From: Eledone cirrhosa
Taxonomy: Eukaryota
Assembly: GCA_964016885.1 (NCBI GenBank)
Contig: OZ024743.1
Location: 185,876,001 to 185,940,000 of the forward strand
Direction of reading: 5' to 3'
Length of the DNA stretch: 64,000 nt
Every line of letters starts with the position of its first letter. Position 1 is the stretch's first letter. This document shows, piece by piece, positions 12,066-23,828 of this stretch. The notes under the pieces were generated by a model. The model did no database searches. It was given only the letters and a program-made list of their open reading frames with translations, and was not told the DNA's origin. A program made the translations under genes and the position numbers.

Positions 12066-14755
12066 ATATTATCCTCATCAGAGGACGTGACAGATGGACG
12101 GTCGTAAACACAAAAGCCTTCCCTAGTGAGGAATGTACATCCCAACATAGCTTAGTTGTCAGCGACCTCACGGTCAGAACTAGACGAACCCGGAAACAGA
12201 GGCCAACCTGGAGAAGAAAGATCTGGAAGCTGAAAGTCCCCTCAACCAGTAACAGATTTAAAGATATTTTACTCAACGCCTATGACAGTAAAGAAGAACA
12301 GATAGAGACATTTAATGTAGAAGAGAACTGGGAGTTCCTAAAAAATAATTTACTAGAGGCGACGGATGAGGTCTGTGGCTGGAGTAAGACCTCAAGCAGG
12401 AGGAGAGTGACTTGGTGGTGGAACAATAAGGTAGATGAAGCAGTTAAGGCCAAGAGACAGGCATGGAAAGAATGGAAGAACGGGGGGAGCAGGGTACATT
12501 ACATAGAGACCAAGAGAGAAGCTAGGCGACAAGTTTACTGAGCTAGGAGGGAAGCAGAGGATAGAAAATTCAAGCATGTTTTGCAACGTGAGGACCAGAA
12601 ACAGGAGGTATTCAAGATTGCGAGGCAGTGTGTCAGAGATAGTTGTGATGTCATTGGAGAGAAGTGTATCCGGAATGATAAAGGTGAGCTTGCCCTCACA
12701 AGTGCTGAGAAGAAAGATGCATGGAAGAGTCATTATGATAGATTACTAAATGTGGAGAATGCATGGGAAGAAGAGACGCTACCCCAAGTAGACCCTATAG
12801 AGGGACCAGCAGTACAAGTCAGCAGCAGCGTAGTAAGTAAGGCAATCAAAGATATGAAGATGGGGAAGGCAACCGGTCCATCGTGTATAGCTGCCTAGAT
12901 GCTGAAGGCATCTGGGTCTGTAGGTCACACTATAACCACACGTATTGTTAACCAGGTAATACTAGAAGGTGCCATACCAAAAGATTGGTGCAGTAGCATC
13001 ATTGTCAACTGCTACAAAGGTAAAGGCGATGCACTAGATAGAGGAAACTATAGAGGTATAAAGTTGATGGACCAGGTCATGAAAGTAACAGAAAGAGTTA
13101 TAGTACAGTTGATTAGGGACCAGGTGAAAATAGACAAGATGCAATTTGGGTTTGTACCAGGAAGAGGCACCACTGATGCCCTCTTCCTTGTGAGGCAATT
13201 ACAGGAAAAGTACCTAGCTAAAAGTAAGCCACTCTACTTGGCATTTGTTGACCTTGAGAAAGCCTTTGACAGAGTTCCACGTGCTGTAATCTGGTGGGCT
13301 CTTAGAAAACTAGGAATAGATGAATGGCTTGTGAAAGCGGTACAAGCCAGGTATAGGGGAGCAGTCAGCAAAGTTAGGATTAGCAATGAGTATAGCGAGG
13401 AATTTAGCGTACAGGTTGGGGTCCACCAGGGCTCTGTTCTTAGCCCACTCCTGTTCATCATAGTCCTGCAGGCAATAACGGAGGAGTTTAAGACCGGATG
13501 CCCATGGGAACTCCTGTATGCTGATAACCTCGCACTCATAACTGAATCTATGGTAGAACTAGAGAATAAATTCCAAACTTGGAAGCAGGGACTAGAAAGA
13601 AAGGGTCTCAAAGTCAACATGAGAAAGACTAAGGTCCTTGTAAGTAGATGAGAAAACAGAACCCAGATCCCCTCAGGGAAATGGCCTTGCTCAGTATGTA
13701 GGAAAGGTGTAGGTAGGAACTCCATTCTCTGCCCCAAATGCAAACAATGGGTACACAAGAGATGTAGTGGGATCTCAGGAAGCTTAATTAAGAATGTAGG
13801 CTTTACATGCAGCAGCTGTGCTGAGACAGCAAGCAGCAAACAGCCACAGGAAACAAGTACCACCAATCTCTGGGAGGGCTCTGTAGAAACAGTAGACAGC
13901 TTCTGACCGAATTAGCAGCGGAGGTGGGTGTTCAGAAAGTACAATAACTAGGGTAAGAACGGGATGGAAGAAGTTTAGGGAACTACTACCACTGCTAGCT
14001 GCAAAAGGCTTCTCCCTCAGAATGAAAGGCAGACTGTATGATGCGTGTATCCGAACAGCAATGTTGCATGGTAGTGAAACCTGGGCGCTGAAGGTGGAAG
14101 ACTTACATAGATTAGAGAAAAACGAAGCCTGCATGCTCCGATGGATGTGTAACAGTAATATACGTGAACGGCAAAGCATAAATGAATTGAGAGAGAGACT
14201 GAGCATGAGAGGAATCAAATGCTGTGTGCAGGAGAAGCGGTTGCGCTGGTATGGACATGTGGTGCGTATGAAGGATGACAGCTGCATAAAAAGGTGCAGA
14301 GCACTAGAAGTTGATGGAAACCGCAGAGTGGGGAGACCCAAGATGACCTGGGATGAGGTGATAAAAGCCGACCTTACCCAATTACACCTCTCAAAGGCAA
14401 CCATGACTTCTGGCGTCACGCAGTAATACAGAGTACCTGACCTCCCATGAGTACAAGCTGAAGCATATAGACAATATGCCCCCACACCCCCCACCGCAAG
14501 GTGGTCGTGGAGGTGCCACGGCAAAAAAAGCACCCAGCCCACACTGTAAAGTGGACGTGTAGGCGCCACGAAAAAGCACCCAGCACTCACTGTAAATGAG
14601 GTTGGTGTTAGGAAGGGCATCCAGCTGTAGAAATCAAGCCAAATCAGTTCCTGTATGAGCAAGGCATGGTCAGCCGACCAGACACTGCCCACAGCAGGAC
14701 AACCCGTCTAACCCATGCTAGCGTGGAAGAACGGACGTAAAACGGTGATGATGAT
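12066..14755 (+). mobile_element. 5'-truncated RTE-clade LINE (RT + PHD finger), disrupted
   Basis: NYRGIKL, QFGF, FVDLEKAFDRV, GVHQGSVLSPLLF, LYADN, C4HC3 finger, RLRWYGHV, GRPK, (GAT)n tail. Several stops and a frameshift. Confidence 0.95.
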
Positions 14756-14899
14756 ATATATATATATATATATATATATGAAAACAGGGAGAAAGAGACA
14801 ATTATGAGGAAGACAAATTTTTTTTTTTCCTTTTTTTTGTGTCTCTCTATATATATATATGGAGGCACTTGAACTCACAATCTTTCGATTGTAAGCCCA

Positions 14900-15510
<611 letters not shown>

Positions 15511-15635
15511 AATCAGGAAAGAAGAGTGACACGGTTTGCTATACAAATATAATCTGTTACCCCATATATATATATATATATCATCATCATCATCATCATC
15601 GTTTAAAGTCCATCTTCCACGCTTGCATGGGTGTA

Positions 15636-15675
<40 letters not shown>

Positions 15676-15676
<1 letters not shown>

Positions 15677-16046
15677 TGGGCTTACAATCGAAAGGTTGTG
15701 AGTTCAATTCTCAGACCGGGTGATGTGTTGTTTCCTTGAGCAAGACACTTTATTTCACATTGCTCCAGCTTCCTCAGCTGTAGAAATGAGATGATAGGAC
15801 TGGGGTCCCTATCATTCCACTGCAAAGTGGTCGTGGAGGTGCCACAGCAGAAAAGCACCCAGTCCACACTGTAAAGTGGACGTGTAGACGCCACAGGAAA
15901 AAAGCACCCAGCACTCACTGTAAATGAGGTTTGTGTTAGGAAGGGCATCCAGCTGTAGAAATCAAGCCAGCATCAGTTCCCGTCCCACCTTGTAAGCAGG
16001 GAAAAGCAGACGTAAAATGATGATGATGATGATGATGATGATGATA
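15676..16046 (+). mobile_element. CORE-type tRNA SINE with RTE-like minisatellite/box and (GAT)n tail
   Basis: gtgagttcaattc B-box, ccttgagcaagacactttatttcacattgctccag CORE-like block, ggaagggcatccagc box, GAT tail. Confidence 0.7.
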
Positions 16047-17634
16047 TAACGAAGGAGGTGTGGTAAGGAATCAGATGGACCATAACGCACCAGAGTACTC
16101 AATATTTAGTGCGTCCGTCGAAACGACTTGAGCTCTGCCGTCGGGGTTAAACATTTTCATATATATATATATATTATATCAACATTTTAAAACTTAGCTG
16201 ACCACTTATATTTTGAGTATCTAACTTAGTGAGTTGTTCAGCGTGACAATAGTATATTTCTAATAACAATTTCCTAGAGCTTTTAAATAAGGTTTTATTC
16301 ATTTTGATTTAATAAAAGCTAGTTTCTGATAATTTTAAGTGGATTAGATAAAGCAATTGTTTCCATTTAATCTTTTCTCACACAATATATTGGACTGCAA
16401 TATTTTTTATAAGGATTATTTCTATTGTAATTAGTATTGTTAAAAGAACAGTAATATAAACATATAATATCTAAACTAAGTAAATAATATTTCATCTATT
16501 AGGGGAATGTGATATAAGAAAAACAGTTTCTGTATACAATAAGATAATTATTTTTTGATAAATCTTTTGAATATCTTTCACAGATATTTTTTGGTATGTT
16601 GGTAGTTACCATTTTAGTGGTTATGTGGTTGGCTGCTATGTTTGTTGAAGTTGTTGTGTTGTCGATTATAAATTTGGTTGTTGAGTTGTAGGGTGTTGTA
16701 TGTGTTGATTGGTGTGGTTGAAAAGCAATCAGGATCATGATGAATCGAGACAGACCAACTAAGAAGACCAAAACACCAAAACTGCTAATTTGTATACTTT
16801 TATTTGTGCTATGGTACATGACGATATCAAGTAGCAAAATATATCACCTCACTACACATTAGTTTTTGGATATATTTTTTTGTTTATTCAATATTAAAAT
16901 CAGTTTGGTGGCTCACCTTACCAATGTATCAGGTGATGCTCATGAAGGTGCTTGGCTATTCCAGTGCCCTAGCCTCACTATCAGCCAAGGCAATGTTATG
17001 AGTGCATTGGCTTGTTTCAAATATTATTAGAGGGGAACTCCAGCACCTCTTGCTGTGGTGTTTGATTGATTGTGCAGGTCCTCTCCCACTGTTTTATTGT
17101 TTCTTTTCCCTTCATTTGTATATACATTTTAAATACAAATTGTATTTATATCAACATAATAATAATTTGTACCTTAATAAAATGTATATCTGTTAGTATA
17201 TAACAGTAAGGTAAATGACCCTTAACTCATGATTGAGTCATAGGGGCATTGTCTTGACACATGGTATGTCTTGGGCATTTTAAACCTAGGGGAGCCCATC
17301 CCTCTCCAGGTCAGAACACAACCAACTTCTTTCAGAGAAGGAGAGAGAGAGAAATAATCGATCCTAGTACTGGACTAGTACTTTATTTACTGACTTAGAA
17401 AGGATGAAAAATAAAGTTCACTTCAATGGAATTTGAAAGTTGACCTCAGTGGAATTTGAAGATAGAGTGCAGTGAGTTAGAACAAATACCATGGAACTTT
17501 TAATCCAACGCTCTAATGACACTGCCAGTTTGCTACCCTGTTAGTAAATAAATGTCTGTATAAGAATGTGAATATTAAATGCCCTAGGGTTAAAAGAGAA
17601 TAATAAACTTGAAGTGAAATATTATTAAACTTAC

Positions 17635-17698
17635 CTGGTAAACATGTCATTGAAATAAAAGTAATAATTATTTGCGTTGATAAGATTCTTGACATCAT
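17635..17698 (-). CDS. C-type lectin-like domain gene, exon 1 (signal peptide)
   Basis: MMSRILSTQIIITFISMTCLP followed by a strong CAG|GTAAGT donor; 64 bp, phase 1, compatible with exon 2 (G+GA = Gly). Confidence 0.65.
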
Positions 17699-18964
17699 TA
17701 TTCTTGTAATTTAATTAAAGTTTTTGTCTTCTTATTTCTTTCTCAAATGAAATGCTGTGAAATCAACCTTCTTATTAATGCACTTGTTAATCAATATCAA
17801 TATTGAATATCAATAATTATAGAATGAATGTATTGAATTGTAGACAATGAATAGATTTCAAGTTAGAAGGAAATTGATTCAAACAGCTGGAAAATATTCT
17901 ACTGGTTATTTTATGCTTCATCTTATTTATCTATTTTTTAAATTTATTTATTGAGTCACTTCTATATTTAACAAGTATGAGTATCCTAATTCACTAGCTT
18001 TATTCTATGTTTGATTAGGAATGGTACTGCAGTAAAACAACATTTCTTAGAGAGTTGTGTGACAAATCATTGGTGTCTTTGTTGTATAAGGCATTAATTA
18101 ATATCCTTCTAGGATTATATAAGATTACTCTATTTCTGACGCGAAATTTCAATGTTGCCATCTTCTTTTATTATTCAATTGATGACTACATGAACATAGA
18201 TTATGAGGTTTCAAAGATAATCCACGAAAACATTGATTTTCATACTGAATCCCTAAGAAAAAAAAAAAAGGAAAATGCCTTATAAAACACAAATTTTCAT
18301 ACTAAATCTTTCAATCAACAATTTTTGTCTATGCACATATTATCATTAGTATTATAACTATAGTATGTATCTGCTTTAGAATAAGTACACCATATCACTG
18401 TGTCATAAATCGACTAAAAGAGTTGCTGTTAGGAAAGGCATCTGGTTGTAAAACATTACTTCAAAAAGTCCCATCCAACCTTACCAACATAGAAAAATTG
18501 ATGTAAAAACAATGATAATTCTGATGATGGCTTTTGCATTCTAGGTTCAAATCTTGTTCAGGTCAACTTTTCCTTTCATGAATTCTGTGGGGGAAAAAAA
18601 TCGAGATTTGGCATTGAAATATCAAGCCTTCAGAACTTTTAACAAAATCAACTTCAGTAATAATGACTTATAGGAGAATCATTGATACCAGTACTTCCAT
18701 TCTATTCTTCTAAATTAAAACATTTTTTAAGAATTTGAACATATATATATATATATGCTTGTAATTCTTTAAACATTTTAAAGGATTTGAACATATATAT
18801 ATATAACTCTTTAAAATATGCACACAAATACACAGACACATAATGCATTTCTTATCTAACAGACACAGCTTCCTGGGTTCTAACTCTAGATTTGTCCCTG
18901 TAAATTGTTATTTCTCCAAAGTTATTCATACATTATTTAATCCTATATGCCATTTGTATATATA

Positions 18965-21269
18965 CTAGCAGAATGGCCCGGCATTGCTTGGGATTCTAAA
19001 CATAGATTGGTATGTTTATCCCTCCTTTCTGAAACAGTTTCGTCGTATGTTCACCAATTGATGCAAAAGCCCTAATAAAAAGTGAAGTCACCTTGGGTGA
19101 ATAGGCAAATAATTTTCCATTAAGATTTTTCAAAAGCATGTAATTGCGTTCCCTCTCTTTTTTGTTGTTGTTTTTGCTGCTGTCGAGCCTCGTGAAATAA
19201 ATACGTTTGTTTATATTTTGTTATTGTGTATGCAAAAATACCTGTACACGAATATATAATTATATATATGTATAAAGAAACAGTCAGCAAGGTTAGAATT
19301 AACAACGAATATAGTGAAGAGTTTAGAGTAAAAGTTGGTGTCCATCAGCCCCCTACTATTTATTATTGCCCTTCAAGCTATAACAGAGGAGTTCAAGACC
19401 GGCTGCCCATGGGAACTCCTATACGCAGATGACCTAACACTCATAGCTGAATCAATGGCCGAACTAGAGAAAAAATTCCAAACATGGAAGCACGGCCTAG
19501 AATCAAAAGGGCTTAAAATTAACCTGGCTAAGACTAAAGTTCTAGTTTGTAAGAAAGAAAGTAAGGCGGCGGTCCCTTCCGGAAAGTGGCCATGCTCAGT
19601 GTGTAGGAAAGGTGTAGGTAGAAACTCCATTTTATGTCCCAAATGCAAAGTATGGGTGCATAAAAGATGTAGTGGGATCACAGGTAAGCTAACTAAGAAC
19701 ATAGATTTTACATGTGGCCGGTGCTCTGGTGCAATAAGTAGCAGCAAGTGCCCACAAAATACTAGCTCCTTCAACTGCGCAGAGGGTTCTATAGAAATAG
19801 TGGACAGCTTCCGTTACCTGGGTGACAAAATCAGCAGTGGGGGAGGGTGCTCTGAAAGTACAGTAGCTAGAGTCAGAACTGGATGGAAAAAGTTCAGAGA
19901 GCTTATACCACTATTAGCCGCTAAAGGGTTCTCCCTAAAAATGAAAGGCAGGTTGTATGATGCCTGCATACGAACAGCAATGTTGCATGGCAGTGAGATC
20001 TGGGCATTGTGTGCAGAGGATATACGCAGACTAGAGAGGAACGAAGCTTGCATGCTCCGCTGGATGTGTAATAGTAATATACATGAACGGCAAAGCATAA
20101 ACGAACTAAGGAAAAAATTAGAAATAAGAGGGATCAGATGTTGTTTACTTGAGAGAAGGCTACGTTGGTATGGTCACGTGATGCGCATGAAAGACGACAG
20201 CTGTATAACAAAGTGCAGGGCAATAAAGATAGACGGTAGCCACGGAGTAGGCAGACCCAGAAAAACCTGGGACGAGCTGATAAATTCCGACCTCACCCAC
20301 TTACACCTCTCCAAGACAATGTCACTGGACCGAGACCTATGTCGGTACTCAGTAATAGAGAAGACCCGCCTTACCTAAATACAAAGTAAAACCTACTACA
20401 GTCAGTAGGCATCTCTAACAAAATACACCCCCACCCCATCCACACCGCCCCTTTCAATGTAAAGTTATGTTGGTGCCACAACATCCAGGCCGAAACAAAT
20501 GAGATCGTGTAGGTGTCACGACAAAAAACACACAGTCCACGCTGTAATGTGGCCGTGTAGGCAACACGGTAAAAACCTCCCAGCCCCACACTGTAAATGT
20601 GGTTGGTGTTAGGAAGGGCATCCAGCTGTAGAAAACCCGCCAGACATTCTTATGCGAGCAATGACAACCACTCTTGCCTCAAGTGGGAAAACTCCCGTCC
20701 AAACCCATGCAAGCATGGAACATGGACGTTAAACGATGATGATGATGATGATGATGATATATATATATATATATTAAAATAACAGATTAAAGTTTAAGTG
20801 AAGAATCGCTGCTTTCACTCTTAACAGGATCTTCTGAAACTAAAAAAATCAATCTGTGCATGCAGAAGTAAATATTTCAAAAAACGTTACACACTATATA
20901 TATATATACACACACTATATATACATACACACACACACACACGTAGATAGCGAAGTCAATGTTGTAATGCAGACAGCTAGACATACAGACAGATATTATA
21001 AGGATGCAACATTATAGCTATCCTTGTGCCAAACGTAGAAACAATTATAGCTATGTATCTATCTAAAAAGACAGACTAAGAAAGATAGAGAGATCGCTAA
21101 ACGGCGCCTAATGCGGCCTCTAGGGCATTGAAAATTTGAAATATCTTTTGCTCAAAACACTCACACGACCATAAGTATTACATGTGTAAAGTTTGAAAAA
21201 AGTCGGTTGGGTGGATCTCGAGTTTTAGGGAGTCAGACAGACAGACATTCTCTGTTTTAGATATATAGA
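18965..21269 (-). mobile_element. Non-autonomous Helitron hosting an RTE insertion
   Basis: The minus strand begins A|TCTATATATCTAAAA and ends with hairpin cccaagcaatgccggg plus CTAG|T. Confidence 0.75.
19268..20758 (+). mobile_element. 5'-truncated RTE LINE (subfamily 2) nested in the Helitron
   Basis: LYADD, PHD finger, RLRWYGHV, GRPRKTW, 3' UTR and (GAT)n tail. A small deletion removes GSVL. Confidence 0.95.
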
Positions 21270-22322
21270 TGATGAATATTTATGTAATTATATCCTAGAA
21301 ATATATTATTGACACATTATTCTTATCTTTAATAACTTCCATAACATAAATTATAGGGTTTCTCAAATGAAAATCATAGATTTATCAAAACAAATTTACC
21401 TGGTTTTTATGATTGTTCTTATATCTGGTAATCCTGTCTTACTGAATAGAGTGGAACTTGTCAGATCAGACCAAAGGAATGTTTCCATTGGTCTTTTCAT
21501 TGCTAGTATTATCTACCGGTCACAACTCATGGCAGAATGAGCAACATGAAATAAAATGTTATCCTCAAGGGCATAACACATCATTTAAACAGGAAATTAA
21601 ACTCCCAACCTCACCATTGTGAATCCAACTCTCTAATCACTAAACCCTACATCTTCAGAATCCTGGCATATATTCTATAAAAAAGTCTAAAGTCTGTCTT
21701 GAGCCTGAGGCTCATCAGGCCAGTGCTTACCCCGGTTTCTGTGGTATTATGTAACTGAGAGTACAATACTTCCCTCTGGACAGGACAGCAGGCCATTACA
21801 AGGTTAAACCCCCAGCTATTGCTGATACTCATTGCTGAATATACTGAAGCAACATGAAATGAAATGTTTTGCTCAGGAACACAACACATAATCCAGTCCA
21901 GAAATCAAACCCATGACATCATGATCATAAGTCCAACACCCTTACCACTAGGCTATATTGCATACCCTTTAATCTGTCCAATCCTATAGCCATCCGTATT
22001 GACATTACTGGTACACTAGTTATTGTAATAATTTCCAAATGATGTGCTAGCATGAAAAACAGATGTAAAATTATAATGAGGAATTCTTGGAATTTTCTGT
22101 AAACTGTTATTTCGAATACACAATGTTTGTTGTCTAAAGTGGATTGCTGACTTCTTATCCATTATTTGGCATACAATAGTCATAAAGCAGAATATGTGAT
22201 TATTTGTTAAACTTGCTTTTTATGATTACAAATAATTCTTTCTAACATAGACACAAGGCCAGAAATTTGGGATGAAGCGAAGTTGATTATATTGACCCCA
22301 GCCAACTGATATTTTATTACTT

Positions 22323-22417
22323 ATTCTTGGCAAAAACAAAGGGAAAGTGGTCGACAGTCTGTTTCTCGCTTGTTAGCATTTATCAAAACCACACTCTCCC
22401 CTGCCTTTGCCAAGAAT
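22323..22417. repeat. Imperfect hairpin
   Basis: attcttggcaaa...agtggt / accac...tttgccaagaat arms. Confidence 0.6.
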
Positions 22418-22500
22418 TATAGAAGCTGGATTCTTATAGAATTCTAGTAATATAAACAGAGGGATTGCCGGTCCAGCAAAAATTAGGTATTAGTATTGGT

Positions 22501-22592
22501 GCTCTGAAATAGTGATATATACATGAATGTATGTAAAATATCTTGCCAAATATACTATACATACATTCATGTATACATCGCTATTTCAGAGC
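22501..22592. repeat. Inverted repeat with 35-bp arms
   Basis: gctctgaaatagtgatatatacatgaatgtatgta pairs with tacatacattcatgtatacatcgctatttcagagc (2 mismatches). Confidence 0.85.
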
Positions 22593-23586
22593 TCCATATA
22601 TATATCATCATCATCATCATAATTTTACGTCCGCTTTTCCCTGCTTGCAAGGGTGGGACAATATATATATATATATAATGAAATATATATATACAATATA
22701 TTAACAAATGGAAACTATATTTATAAAACCATATTTATTTCATTATACATATTTCAAGGGCCACTAAAACAAACTATGGTGCGCTTTCATCGATAAAATA
22801 TAATATAGGTTAGTTTTATAAATAAATATTGACATACCCTTAAAAAATGCAACCATTCTGGTTGGAATCTCCTGGATATATATATACACATACACATATA
22901 TATATGTACACACACATATATATATATATAGGCCTGCCAATTTCATTTTACATTATATACATGTCTGTATTTAAAAATTATCTTTAAGTGAACATGATTT
23001 TAACAAAATATTTTTAAGTGAACGTGACGCAACCTGTCACAGGTGGTTTAGTAACTTATAAAACAACTATGTTGGCATGCAAACTAGTCCCAAACCTATC
23101 CCAACCCCCTATCACCCACTTTCAACTGTTTTTATATTTCCATGTCTCCTGCTGACACTCACCTTACTCAAATTAATCCTTTTCTATTGTGTAGAGGATG
23201 AGTGAGAGAAAGAAAGAGAGGAGATGAGAAAGAGAAAGGGAGTGAGGCGGATGTGGAGAAAAAGACAATAAGAAAAGAGAAAAGATGGGAGAGAGAAAAA
23301 AAAGTAAAGAGGCAGGAGAGAGGGAGGGTGATTGGAGGGATTCTTTAACTAACGTGAGTCCGCGTTTATATATATATTTACACACACATGTGTGTTATGG
23401 GGGGGGGGGGTTCTTTAGCAGACGATATATGTTACCATCAAAGCTTATTTTCTACATATGTCTAAAGAAATCACAGATGCTTTTATAGAAGTTGTATATA
23501 TGTATGTATTTAACAGACAAAAAAATAAAACTATTTTTAAAAGATATTATTTGAATATATTATTTTCCGCTGTTATTTGAATTAAC

Positions 23587-23684
23587 GCCGAGGTTGACTT
23601 TGCCTTTCATCCTTACGGGGTCGATAAAATAAAGTACCAGTAATGCACTGGGTAATTGCTGGCCTTGTGCCTAAAGTAGAAACA
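23587..23684 (+). mobile_element. 5'-truncated Nin/Deu SINE with TSD
   Basis: gcctttcatccttacggggtcgataaaataaagtacc core flanked by the direct repeat gttatttgaattaac. Confidence 0.8.
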
Positions 23685-23795
23685 GTTATTTGAATTAACA
23701 CAGAAAATATTTTTTTTGTAGTGTTTGTCGTTTTTTTGGATACAATGTGAAATCCCAATATTTTCTACATATGTCTAAAATTAATTACACCTAAT

Positions 23796-23796
<1 letters not shown>

Positions 23797-23828
<32 letters not shown>

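Noticed and set aside
13234-14692. Long antisense ORFs over RTE, CR1 and Helitron copies
   Set aside because: Shadow frames of the transposon coding strands.
16050-16155. GC-richer segment with cgaaac, possible ribozyme
   Set aside because: No CUGANGA core and no recognisable ribozyme fold; left unassigned.
16180-16500. Alternative genetic code (TAA/TAG = Gln) read-through
   Set aside because: Stop density is about what this AT content predicts by chance.
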